From contig OZ257142.1 of NCBI GenBank assembly GCA_965279035.1, forward strand, positions 2,304,001 through 2,368,000: DNA of 64,000 nucleotides, read 5' to 3'. Below are positions 9,358 to 18,572 of the stretch, in pieces. The stretch's first letter is position 1. Each line of letters starts with the position of its first letter. The position numbers and the translations under genes are program-made. The notes under the pieces are model-generated. The model was not told where the DNA came from. It worked only from the letters and a program-made list of their open reading frames with translations, and ran no database searches. This DNA is from Bacteroidia bacterium. GTDB taxonomy: Bacteria > Bacteroidota > Bacteroidia > M30B66.

Positions 9358-11787
9358 TTATTCATAACGAAGTGCTTTAATTGGGTTGGACAAAGCTGCA
9401 CGTGCAGCATGTAGAATGACCGTTGAAGAAGCAATGAGTAGCGCAATCATTCCAGTGATGAGAAATACCCACAGTGGAATATCAATTCGGTAAGAAAAAT
9501 CCTCTAGCCATGTTCTTAAGAAATACCAAGTGAGTGGCGCAGCAAATACGATAGCAAGGAGCACCAATACAACGAATTCTCTGAGGATGAGTAACACAAT
9601 TTGTTGCACCGATGCTCCCATTACTTTTCGTATCCCGATTTCTTTTGTTCTTTTTTCAGTAGAAAATGCTGCTAATGCATACAAGCCTAAACAAGAAATA
9701 ACAACTGTGAGTACTGCAAAAAATGAAAGTACAGTGAGCATAATTTCTTCTTTTCGGTAGAGTTGATTGAGCGAATCGTTGAGAAAGAAATACTGTATAG
9801 GATGATTGGGAAATAAGACTTTCCAATTCTTTTCAATATCACTTATTATAGATTTCGATTCACCTTCTTTAAATCGAATGAGAGCGTTTCTGCCTGATCT
9901 CACTAAACCATTCATGGATGGAAGCATAAATACCATCGGTTCTATGGAGGCATGAAGTGATGCATAATTGTAGTCTTTTACAACTCCTACAATGCGTCCC
10001 TTCATAAAGGCATTTTCTAATTCTTTCCCAATAGGATCTTTTAATCCTAGAAATTTTACACAGGATTCATTAATGACAAATGAACCAGCCGCATCCGAAC
10101 CAAATTCTTTCGAAAACCAGCGTCCCTGACTTAATTTAATTCCTAAAATTGATGCGTAATCGTAATCTACAAAACTCATATTGATTGGTTTATTCTCCGG
10201 TTTTCCATTCGAAGAATAATAGAATAGAATTCTACCAGTTTCTTTACCCGGAAGATGATCACCCGTTGCATAACCAGTAATGGAAGGGTTTTTTAGCAAT
10301 TCATTTCGCATTGCATCCGATTTCAATGCTAAAGAAGTATCGCTTGCTGGAAAACTAACGATAACTACATTTTCTTTTTCAAAACCTAAATCATGATTAC
10401 GAAGGAAATGAAGTTGCATCATCACCACGAATGTTGCTGTGATGATTGATACAGAAATTCCGAATTGCAGAATGATCAATACTTTCCCTAATGCTCGTCC
10501 TGGATTTTTTAATCCTTTGCCCGAAATCATCGCATTGGATCGCAATACCTCCATGGGTTGTAAACGCGATAAATAAAAGGCTGGATAACTTCCTCCTGCT
10601 AATCCTGCAAACAGAAGCATTCCTAAAAGAATCAACCAGAAATGTCCACCTTTAAGGGAATCAAATAGGGAACTATCGTTATCGGTAATTTGATTAAATC
10701 CCGGAAGTAATAATTCAACCAAGGCAATACTCAATAAAAAAGCAATGCAGGTTAAGAAAAACGATTCCCCTAAAAATTGACGAACTAATTGTGCTCGTGT
10801 CGCGCCAGCCACTTTTTTTACAGCCACTTCTCTTGCTCTTTTTACCGCTTGAGCCGTGGTTAAATTCATATAATTAAAACAGGCTATGAGCAAGAGAAAT
10901 AATGCAACCCAAGCGAAGATGATGACATAGGTCTTGTTTCCTTTCCGCACCAAATCATAAATATAATACGTGTCAAAATGAATTTCATGAACCGGTTGAG
11001 CATCAAATTCGATTTTGCCATTGAGCTGATTTTCCTTTAACCAAGGGGTGATAACACGTGTCGACCAATCATTAATTTCTCCTTCAACCTGCTTTTTTGA
11101 AACACCTGTTTTCGTTTTAAAATAGGTTAAACTGGTGAGCTGCATGTAATCGGCCGACATATTCATTCTCATTTCGGGAGCCATCGAACTCATCGACATG
11201 ATAGCATCTACATCGCATAAATGGTTGGGAATTCCGGTTGGATTTATGATTCCTGTTACTGTATAGGAATTTCGAGAATAACGAATGAGTTTTCCCATAG
11301 CCGATTCTTCTCCAAAGATTTGTTTGGATAAACGTTCCGAGATAACTACCGTTTTAGGTTTATTCAAAGCTGTATTTGGATCACCTTGAATAAATGGGAA
11401 ATTGAATACTTGAAATACCGTTGAATCGGCAAAATAATTATGCTCAACAGTAAATGTTTTTCCTTCATACCAGGCTGTTTGTTCACCTATTAAAAACAGT
11501 CTTGCTAAGACCTCAATTGAAGAAACATTCGCTTGAATTTCCTTACCAACGGCAAAGGAGGAAAGGGCAAATGGATCCACTTTATCTTGAAGATGAATGA
11601 TTTCGTTCAAACGATAAATACGTTCCGAATCCTTCCATCCTCGATCAAAACTGAGCTCAGAATCTACAAAGAGGAAAATCAAAATACAGGACGTAATTCC
11701 TGCCGCTAATCCAAAAATGGTGATGCCCGAAACCAAACGATTTCGAAGGATTGTCCTCCAGGATAAACGTAGTATTTGCTTAAACAT
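9358..11787 (-). CDS. MacB/FtsX-type ABC transporter permease
   Basis: Duplicated periplasmic plus FtsX architecture; IACFNYMNL, REVAVKKVAGA, RTKEIGIRKVMGA and NPIKALRYE motifs. Likely start is ATG at 11787. Confidence 0.93.
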   Translation of the reverse strand: MFKQILRLSWRTILRNRLVSGITIFGLAAGITSCILIFLFVDSELSFDRGWKDSERIYRLNEIIHLQDKVDPFALSSFAVGKEIQANVSSIEVLARLFLIGEQTAWYEGKTFTVEHNYFADSTVFQVFNFPFIQGDPNTALNKPKTVVISERLSKQIFGEESAMGKLIRYSRNSYTVTGIINPTGIPNHLCDVDAIMSMSSMAPEMRMNMSADYMQLTSLTYFKTKTGVSKKQVEGEINDWSTRVITPWLKENQLNGKIEFDAQPVHEIHFDTYYIYDLVRKGNKTYVIIFAWVALFLLLIACFNYMNLTTAQAVKRAREVAVKKVAGATRAQLVRQFLGESFFLTCIAFLLSIALVELLLPGFNQITDNDSSLFDSLKGGHFWLILLGMLLFAGLAGGSYPAFYLSRLQPMEVLRSNAMISGKGLKNPGRALGKVLIILQFGISVSIITATFVVMMQLHFLRNHDLGFEKENVVIVSFPASDTSLALKSDAMRNELLKNPSITGYATGDHLPGKETGRILFYYSSNGKPENKPINMSFVDYDYASILGIKLSQGRWFSKEFGSDAAGSFVINESCVKFLGLKDPIGKELENAFMKGRIVGVVKDYNYASLHASIEPMVFMLPSMNGLVRSGRNALIRFKEGESKSIISDIEKNWKVLFPNHPIQYFFLNDSLNQLYRKEEIMLTVLSFFAVLTVVISCLGLYALAAFSTEKRTKEIGIRKVMGASVQQIVLLILREFVVLVLLAIVFAAPLTWYFLRTWLEDFSYRIDIPLWVFLITGMIALLIASSTVILHAARAALSNPIKALRYE

Positions 11788-12475
11788 GGAGCGTTTTTTT
11801 GAAGTTTTCGGATACGATGCGACCATCAAATAATTGGATCACTCGATGCGCGTATTCTGCATGTTCAGGAGAGTGAGTAACCATAACAACTGTTGTCCCA
11901 CTTTCATTTAATTCTGTAAGCAAACGCATTACTTCTTCACCATTTTTAGAATCGAGATTTCCCGTTGGCTCATCGGCTAAAATCAATTTCGGTCGACTTA
12001 CAAACGCTCTCGAAACAGCCACGCGCTGTTGTTGTCCGCCGGATAATTGTTGTGGGAAATGTTTCGCACGATGAGAAATTTGCATTTGCTCCATCACATG
12101 ATCCACGCGTTGTTTGCGTTCGTTGGAGTTCAAGCCCAAATAGAGTAGTGGTAGCTCAATGTTTTCTTGCACATTGAGTTCGTCAATTAAGTTGAAGCTT
12201 TGGAAAATGAAGCCAATACTGTTTTTGCGAAGTTCAGCTCGCTGACGTTCATTGAAGTTGGAAATATTTTTTCCTCCAAAATGATATTCACCTGAACTTG
12301 GCATATCGAGCATGCCGATGAGATTGAGTAAAGTTGATTTTCCGCAACCAGAAGGACCCATGATGGCAACAAATTCACCTTCATTCACCGATAAATTCAC
12401 CTCATTAAGAGAGGTCGTTTCGATTTCTTCGGTGCGATAGATTTTACTGAGATTGATTGTGTTTATGAGCATCAT
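11780..12475 (-). CDS. ABC transporter ATP-binding protein (MacB/LolD-like)
   Basis: Walker A GPSGCGKST, signature LSGGQQQR, Walker B ILADEPTGNLD. Confidence 0.96.
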   Translation of the reverse strand: MMLINTINLSKIYRTEEIETTSLNEVNLSVNEGEFVAIMGPSGCGKSTLLNLIGMLDMPSSGEYHFGGKNISNFNERQRAELRKNSIGFIFQSFNLIDELNVQENIELPLLYLGLNSNERKQRVDHVMEQMQISHRAKHFPQQLSGGQQQRVAVSRAFVSRPKLILADEPTGNLDSKNGEEVMRLLTELNESGTTVVMVTHSPEHAEYAHRVIQLFDGRIVSENFKKTLHV

Positions 12476-13731
12476 TCTTTGTTTTTTAGTACTAGAATTG
12501 GTGATTCTCCAAAGGAATCGTACGAGGATATGATAACTTGTTCTCCTTCATTTAATCCTTCCAGAATTTCAATGGAATCGTTGTTTTGACGGCCTGTTCG
12601 GATGTTTCTTTTTTCGGCTGTTTGCGTTTTGGGATTTAATACATATACCCAATTGCCACCGGTTTTTTGCATATATGCCGATCGTGGTAATTGCAAAGCT
12701 GTTTGAGATGACCCTAAATTGAGACGAAGTTGAACCGTTTGTCCTTTGCGAATTTCTCGAGGTGTTTCTTGAATAAACGTGAGATCAGCTTCAAATCGTC
12801 CATTTTTTACTTGAGGATAAATCACATCTACTTTCAAACTATGAGCTGCACCATTAAATTCGAAAAGTGCCGTTTGTCCAATGTTTACTTTAGGAAGATA
12901 ATGTTCATCGATACTTGCTCTCACTTTATATCCATCGGGAATATCGAGTTGACCTAAATTTTCTCCTTTGTTTTTGAATTCTCCAACTTCAGCCTTGAAT
13001 GCGGTGAGTTGTCCGTGAGCAGGCGCTTTCACAGTGAGCATTTCGTAATTACTTCGTACCAGATTTAGATTTTTTTGCTTAAGCTGAACCGATGCCGCGT
13101 ATTGTTGAATTTGTGCATTGCTATTTTCGAGTTCTCGAGCATATTTATCTTTTAGAATTTGATACTTCTTTAAAGCATGAGAGTAGGATTCTAGTGCCGT
13201 TTGATATTCGTTTTTTGAAACAGCATTGGATTGAAATAAGGTCGAATCTTGTTTCCATGTTCGGTTTAAAATACCAAGTTGATGTTCTTGATCGGCTAAT
13301 TGATCGAGCAGATTTAAAAGACTTTTATCTTTCGAAAATCCCGCGTTTACTAACTGTGTTCTTTCGTTAGCCAATATTTCCTCACGATTCATCAATTCCA
13401 ATTGAAGTTCGGGATTCGACAATCGAAGTAAAGGAGCACCAGCTTCAACCAATTGACCTTCATCCACAAAACGTTCTTCCACACGACCAGCTTCTGCAAG
13501 TGCGATGTAAATACTTTTTAAGGGCTGAACAGTTCCATCCAATGGAATAGATTCTTGAAAATTACCTTTGGAAACAGATGCTATATTTAATCTACTTGCA
13601 TCCACATTGATTCGTGCTCCCTCATTCGTAAATGAAAAAATGATCAGAATCAAACAAACTACAGCGAATCCGCTACCGAATATCAGCCATCTGTTTTTCG
13701 ACCATTTTGTACATTCTATGATGCGATCCAT
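12472..13731 (-). CDS. Efflux periplasmic adaptor (MacA/HlyD family)
   Basis: N-terminal anchor, lipoyl half-motifs (GRVEERFVDEG, VKAPAHGQL), coiled coil, EILEGL..GEQVI. Likely start at 13731. Confidence 0.9.
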   Translation of the reverse strand: MDRIIECTKWSKNRWLIFGSGFAVVCLILIIFSFTNEGARINVDASRLNIASVSKGNFQESIPLDGTVQPLKSIYIALAEAGRVEERFVDEGQLVEAGAPLLRLSNPELQLELMNREEILANERTQLVNAGFSKDKSLLNLLDQLADQEHQLGILNRTWKQDSTLFQSNAVSKNEYQTALESYSHALKKYQILKDKYARELENSNAQIQQYAASVQLKQKNLNLVRSNYEMLTVKAPAHGQLTAFKAEVGEFKNKGENLGQLDIPDGYKVRASIDEHYLPKVNIGQTALFEFNGAAHSLKVDVIYPQVKNGRFEADLTFIQETPREIRKGQTVQLRLNLGSSQTALQLPRSAYMQKTGGNWVYVLNPKTQTAEKRNIRTGRQNNDSIEILEGLNEGEQVIISSYDSFGESPILVLKNKE

Positions 13732-13831
13732 GAATTTTATTCGTTTTGCATTTGAAGATTGATCACCAGCCGATATGAGTGGCTTCTGATGACAAATCGT
13801 TACAATTGTTGGTGTTTTTTTTTGGCGCATG

Positions 13832-13847
13832 CCAATCCACATGCCCA
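13832..13847 (-). promoter_or_regulatory. Putative sigma-54 -24/-12 promoter for the ABC exporter
   Basis: Minus strand reads GGCATG-TGGA-TTGG, with consensus spacing and GG in place of GC at -12. Confidence 0.55.
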
Positions 13848-13910
13848 TAAATTCAGTTCATTGAATATCAGGTATATAGAATGAATTTCTGAAGATGGAT
13901 CTAATAATCC

Positions 13911-13947
13911 TGTCCGATATCGGACATTTGATTGTCGAAAGCGGACA
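13911..13947. promoter_or_regulatory. Tandem enhancer sites for the NtrC-family regulator
   Basis: Perfect palindrome TGTCCGATATCGGACA (13911-13926) and a degenerate copy TTGTCGAAAGCGGACA (13932-13947), offset 21 bp. Confidence 0.7.
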
Positions 13948-14080
13948 GTTTCTAAAAAATAAACTCTATAGAATTCTTTAGAGAATCTTTCAATACCTTG
14001 ACAATTAGATATGTGAATTTCAAGTACTGGATTGTGCCTCTACTGGTACATGAAATGCGCGTTAATTAGAAAGCAGATTA

Positions 14081-15448
14081 ATGAAGCAAGAAGGAAAAAT
14101 ATTAATTGTTGATGACGACGAGGATGTATTGCAAGCTGCATCGATGTTGTTGAGAAAGCAATACACAGGAGTTCAAACCATTCGAGATCCACAAAAATTG
14201 ACGGCACTTTTACGAAGAGAGTCTTTTGATGTGATTTTGTTGGATATGAATTTTACCGAAGATATTCATAGCGGACGCGAAGGATTTTTTTGGTTGCGAA
14301 ATATTAAAGTGCTTGCACCCGATACGATAGTTGTTTTATTTACTGCCTTTGGTGATGTCGAATTAGCAGTGCGTTCAATAAAAGAAGGAGCTTTTGATTT
14401 TGTGTTGAAACCTTGGCAAAATGAGAAACTCTTAGCCACGATGAATGCTGCTTTTCAATTATTGGGAACTCGGGCAGAAATATCGGTATTGAAAAAGCGT
14501 GAGAACGATTTAGTTCAAACGATTAATGCGAGTCCAACCGAATTTATTGGAAAGAGTCAAGCGATGAAAAAGGTGTTTGCTACCATTTCGAAAGTAGCAA
14601 TAACCGAAGCCAATGTATTGATTACGGGAGAAAATGGAACTGGAAAGGAATTAGTAGCACGCGAATTACATCGATTATCGTCCCGTAAAAGCAAGGCATT
14701 TATTGGAGTGGATATGGGTTCTTTGAGTGAACATTTGTTTGAATCGGAATTGTTTGGGCATGTGAAAGGAGCTTTTACTGATGCACGAGAGGATCGGCCT
14801 GGTCGCTTTGAAGTTGCACAGGGCGGTTCGATTTTTTTAGATGAAATTGGAAATATTCCACTCACACTTCAGCCTAAATTATTAGCGGTTTTGCAGAATC
14901 GTCAAATTACCCGTGTTGGTTCGAATAAACTCATTCCCATTGATGTACGTTTGATTTGTGCAACCAATTTGGATTTGCATCAACAAGTCCAACAGCAGCG
15001 ATTCCGACAGGATTTATTGTATCGCATTAATACCGTTGAAATTTCATTACCTGCATTGAGAGAACGACTAGAAGATATTCCGCTTTTGGCTGAATACTAC
15101 TTGGATTTTTATTCTCGAAAGTATCAGAAGAAAATGAAATCACTTTCGAAACAAACATTGAAAATATTGAGTGAGCAGCATTGGCCGGGCAATGTGCGTG
15201 AATTACAACATACTATTGAACGAGCCATTATTTTGAGTGAAGGTGATTCCTTGATGCCTTCGGATGTGATTTCAAATTCACCATCAGCCGAAATTGATTT
15301 GAAGGATAAAATGAATTTGGAAGTATTGGAAAAAGCAACCGTGTTGAAAGCAATCAATAAAAACAATGGAGTGATTTCGCAAGCTGCTGCCGAATTGGGA
15401 TTGTCGCGCGCTGCACTATACCGAAGAATGGAGAAATATGGTTTATAA
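14081..15448 (+). CDS. Sigma-54-dependent response regulator (NtrC family)
   Basis: REC domain (VDDD, LLDM), GENGTGKE, ESELFGH..GAFTDA, FLDEIG, WPGNVREL, Fis-type HTH. Confidence 0.96.
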   Translation: MKQEGKILIVDDDEDVLQAASMLLRKQYTGVQTIRDPQKLTALLRRESFDVILLDMNFTEDIHSGREGFFWLRNIKVLAPDTIVVLFTAFGDVELAVRSIKEGAFDFVLKPWQNEKLLATMNAAFQLLGTRAEISVLKKRENDLVQTINASPTEFIGKSQAMKKVFATISKVAITEANVLITGENGTGKELVARELHRLSSRKSKAFIGVDMGSLSEHLFESELFGHVKGAFTDAREDRPGRFEVAQGGSIFLDEIGNIPLTLQPKLLAVLQNRQITRVGSNKLIPIDVRLICATNLDLHQQVQQQRFRQDLLYRINTVEISLPALRERLEDIPLLAEYYLDFYSRKYQKKMKSLSKQTLKILSEQHWPGNVRELQHTIERAIILSEGDSLMPSDVISNSPSAEIDLKDKMNLEVLEKATVLKAINKNNGVISQAAAELGLSRAALYRRMEKYGL

Positions 15449-16778
15449 TCATTTCCGACGCTTTTTAATTCTGCGGGTGATTCTGATTTTTCTGAATCTG
15501 TTGTTGATTTCGTGGATGTTGGTGAAGACCGAGTTTTATGTGACCATAACTTTTTTGAGTGTTGCAGCAATTATTCAAACAGGCTTATTAATTCGTTATG
15601 TAGATGTCACAAATGACCGTTTGAGTCGTTTTTTTGAATCGATTCGTCACAGCGATTTCACCCAAGTTTTCAGATCATCTACCGAAGATCGTTCCTTGAT
15701 AGCCTTGAATAAAGAAATGAATGCTGTATTGGATGAATTTAGAAAGTTACGCAGAGATAGAGAAGAGAAGGAATTGTTTTTACAAAGTATTGTTCAGCAC
15801 GTTGGAATTGGATTGTTGGTGTATGATCAAGATGGGAAAATACATTGGCTTAATACTGCAAGTAAACGTTTGCTCCGAATAAAAGCTTTAAAACGTATTG
15901 ACGAATTGCAAGGACCAGCTAGTGAGGCAATGAGTTTATTGCAAAAAGCCCAAGGAGGAGATGTGTTTTTATTGAAGTTTTATGCTGATGGCGAAGTGTT
16001 CCAACTATCGATTTCGGTAGGAGAATGTTTGATGAGAGAAACGCGATTGCGCATTGCTTCAATTCAGAATATTGGGAACGAATTGAATAAAAAAGAATTG
16101 GAAGCTTGGCATATGTTGACACGTGTGTTGGCGCATGAAATAATGAATTCGATGACACCTATTATTTCGCTTGCTTCATCAGCATCTCAAGTTTTACAAA
16201 CGGAACACATCGAAACAATTCCCAATGAAGATTATCAGGATGTTTTGGAAGCAGTAAAAACGATTGAGAGAAGAGCCGAAGGACTTACTCGTTTTGTTGA
16301 TACATACCGAAGTTTAACACGAATTCCCAAACCTGTTTTTAAAGAAGTCGCCCTGAAGCAATTGTTTTTGGATGTTGAAGTTTTGATGAAAGAGAAAATG
16401 GAAGCTGCAGGTATTTTATTTCGAATAGAACATTCTGCGCATGAAATTTATGGAACACTTGATCAGTCTTTAATTGAGCAGGTACTTATTAATTTATTAT
16501 TGAATGCAGTAGATGCCTTATCAGATATTCCAAATCCTCAAATTATTTTGCGCTATGGTGTTGATTTAAAAAGCCGGATAACGATTGAAGTTGAGGACAA
16601 TGGGAAAGGCATTTTAACTGAGATTTTAGAAGAAATATTTATTCCATTTTTCACAACAAAACGGAGTGGTTCGGGAATAGGATTGAGTTTGTCGCGACAG
16701 ATTATGGCTTTACATGGAGGGACCATTCATGCAGAATCGGACTTAGGTAAAAAGACGGTTTTTACACTGAAGTTTTAG
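15438..16778 (+). CDS. Sensor histidine kinase (PAS, HisKA, HATPase)
   Basis: Two TM helices; HEIMNS, NLLLNA, DNGKG, FFTTK..GSGIGL motifs. Confidence 0.95.
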   Translation: MVYNHFRRFLILRVILIFLNLLLISWMLVKTEFYVTITFLSVAAIIQTGLLIRYVDVTNDRLSRFFESIRHSDFTQVFRSSTEDRSLIALNKEMNAVLDEFRKLRRDREEKELFLQSIVQHVGIGLLVYDQDGKIHWLNTASKRLLRIKALKRIDELQGPASEAMSLLQKAQGGDVFLLKFYADGEVFQLSISVGECLMRETRLRIASIQNIGNELNKKELEAWHMLTRVLAHEIMNSMTPIISLASSASQVLQTEHIETIPNEDYQDVLEAVKTIERRAEGLTRFVDTYRSLTRIPKPVFKEVALKQLFLDVEVLMKEKMEAAGILFRIEHSAHEIYGTLDQSLIEQVLINLLLNAVDALSDIPNPQIILRYGVDLKSRITIEVEDNGKGILTEILEEIFIPFFTTKRSGSGIGLSLSRQIMALHGGTIHAESDLGKKTVFTLKF

Positions 16779-16792
16779 TCTTGCAAAATGCT

Positions 16793-16908
16793 GCGTTAGC
16801 GGTAGAAGTGGAAAGCCCGGATTATATGCCATAGCCTTGGCGAAGGCATACAGGAGGTTCCGAAAGCTATCGGAATGGAAAGTATAACGCGGCCTGAAGG
16901 GAACGCCC
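16793..16908. repeat. GC-rich structured intergenic repeat, copy 1 (REP-like or ncRNA-like)
   Basis: Terminal GCGTT...AACGC pairing; internal TATGCC-ATA-GC-CTTG-GC-GAA-GGCATA and TTCCGA..TCGGAA hairpins; related to 51427-51520. Confidence 0.65.
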
Positions 16909-17627
16909 TAATTCAATTTCAAATCAGAAGGCAGAAAAAGTTTGAAGGTATTTGATTGAAATGTTGCGTATTCTAAATGTCCCATGAATTGTTCGTCGCT
17001 GCTTAGAAAATGCAGGTGAATATTGGTATCGTGATGCGTGAAAATTCCTTTGTGCTCGCGTGAATAAAAGCCCAAACAGGATCCTTCTTTTTCGAAAATG
17101 GGATAGTTTACTTGGCCTTTATGCGCATCATCGGGTGATTTTACTACTGAACCTGGAGCCAAATGAACCACATGCACATTTCCAATTTCAATGATACCCA
17201 TGAGCTGGAAAGGCACTGGTTGATTGACTTTTGCCAAGAGTTTATTGAGATAATCTTCAAGTTGATCGAGTCGTACAATGGAATCGGGTAAAGCATGTTG
17301 CGTCCATGCTGGCACTTGGGCATACACGAAAAATGGAGCTTTAGCATGAAAGCTTTGTGTGACGCTCATTTTGCTAGCTGACTTCACTTGCGACTGATAG
17401 GCTTTTCCATTGAAAATGAGTAATTCGCCTTGAAGGAATTCGAGAGGGCCAAGGCCATTGATAAATGATTTCTTTTCTAAAGAATCGAGTTGGATCGTTC
17501 CCTTCAATTGCCCTTTCCACATTACATTTCGCATTGCGCCAGATACAAAAACACTCGTTGAATTTTGGGCTTGAGCAATGAGTTGTAAACCTAAAAATAA
17601 GCAGAATAATAGGAAGCGAATTATCAT
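16908..17627 (-). CDS. Alpha-acetolactate decarboxylase-like protein with signal peptide
   Basis: GLG..LQGEL, APFF, GFYS and HLHF...GHL Zn-ligand pattern. Confidence 0.8.
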   Translation of the reverse strand: MIIRFLLFCLFLGLQLIAQAQNSTSVFVSGAMRNVMWKGQLKGTIQLDSLEKKSFINGLGPLEFLQGELLIFNGKAYQSQVKSASKMSVTQSFHAKAPFFVYAQVPAWTQHALPDSIVRLDQLEDYLNKLLAKVNQPVPFQLMGIIEIGNVHVVHLAPGSVVKSPDDAHKGQVNYPIFEKEGSCLGFYSREHKGIFTHHDTNIHLHFLSSDEQFMGHLEYATFQSNTFKLFLPSDLKLN

Positions 17628-17642
17628 TTAATAGGGAGAATA

Positions 17643-18572
17643 TTATTCTACATTGATAGGAAATACCGAGTAATAATTGACCATTTCGGGAAATGTTTTT
17701 CCAGAGTTATAGGTTTCTAAAAATAAGTTGTACCAACGATAATAAAAGCGATTTCTTAATAAATAAGCGTTGTTCATTTTATAGTCGAAGCGATCGCATT
17801 GAAACGCATTAGCCGATAAAAGCAAATTATTGAGATGAACTTGCGATTGTGCGTTAATAGAGTTTTTGGCTATACCGGTTCTACCTTGCAATCGCGATTC
17901 GGCTTTGATAAAAAGTGCGTACAGATTTTCGTGAATTTTACGTTGAAGTTGAAATTCTTTTAAGAATTCGGGATGGTATTTTTGGACAAAATACTCACCA
18001 GCAACATTGCCTAAAAAATCCCCAAAACTCTCTTCGGCAGCATAAGGAATTTCGAGTTTTGCTTGTTGTCGGTGCACATGTGCCATTTCGTGAAGCACGA
18101 TAAAAACAATGGCTTCGGGAGGATAATACAACATGTAATGCGTCAAACGCACCGCACTTGTTCCTGAAGTTCGATAAATGAGTTCATCGAAGCCGACATT
18201 ACTAAGAGAGTCGGCTTTGATTCGTGCAGCCAAGGTATCGGTTCCGAAAAATTCGAATGCTGGAAAATGATCGGGTAGGAGGATACTGTCGGAACGGGAA
18301 GTATAGAGATAGGTATTTTGCTGTTCAGGGATTTGCCATTCGGTGTAAAACTTCTTATTCAGCTGAAGGTGTAGTGTTTTCTTTCCAAATTTCTCTAATT
18401 CTCGAATGAGTTTTATGCTCTGTTTTTCTTGTTCTGAAAGCCGAATAGGACCATTTGCAGAAACAGTTATACATAAAAATAGCTGCAGCATCACAATTTG
18501 CCACAGCCATTTTTTAATATTTATTTTAGTAGATTGAATCAATTGACTGGGAAAATTACTTGGGTTTCCCAT
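17643..18572 (-). CDS. Putative secreted zinc metallopeptidase (HExxH); start uncertain
   Basis: VLHEMAH followed by AEESF, and an NNAYLL motif near the C-terminus. Confidence 0.6.
   Translation of the reverse strand: MGNPSNFPSQLIQSTKINIKKWLWQIVMLQLFLCITVSANGPIRLSEQEKQSIKLIRELEKFGKKTLHLQLNKKFYTEWQIPEQQNTYLYTSRSDSILLPDHFPAFEFFGTDTLAARIKADSLSNVGFDELIYRTSGTSAVRLTHYMLYYPPEAIVFIVLHEMAHVHRQQAKLEIPYAAEESFGDFLGNVAGEYFVQKYHPEFLKEFQLQRKIHENLYALFIKAESRLQGRTGIAKNSINAQSQVHLNNLLLSANAFQCDRFDYKMNNAYLLRNRFYYRWYNLFLETYNSGKTFPEMVNYYSVFPINVE

Noticed and set aside
9358-13731. MacAB-type operon without tolC
   Set aside because: The outer-membrane factor is commonly encoded elsewhere.
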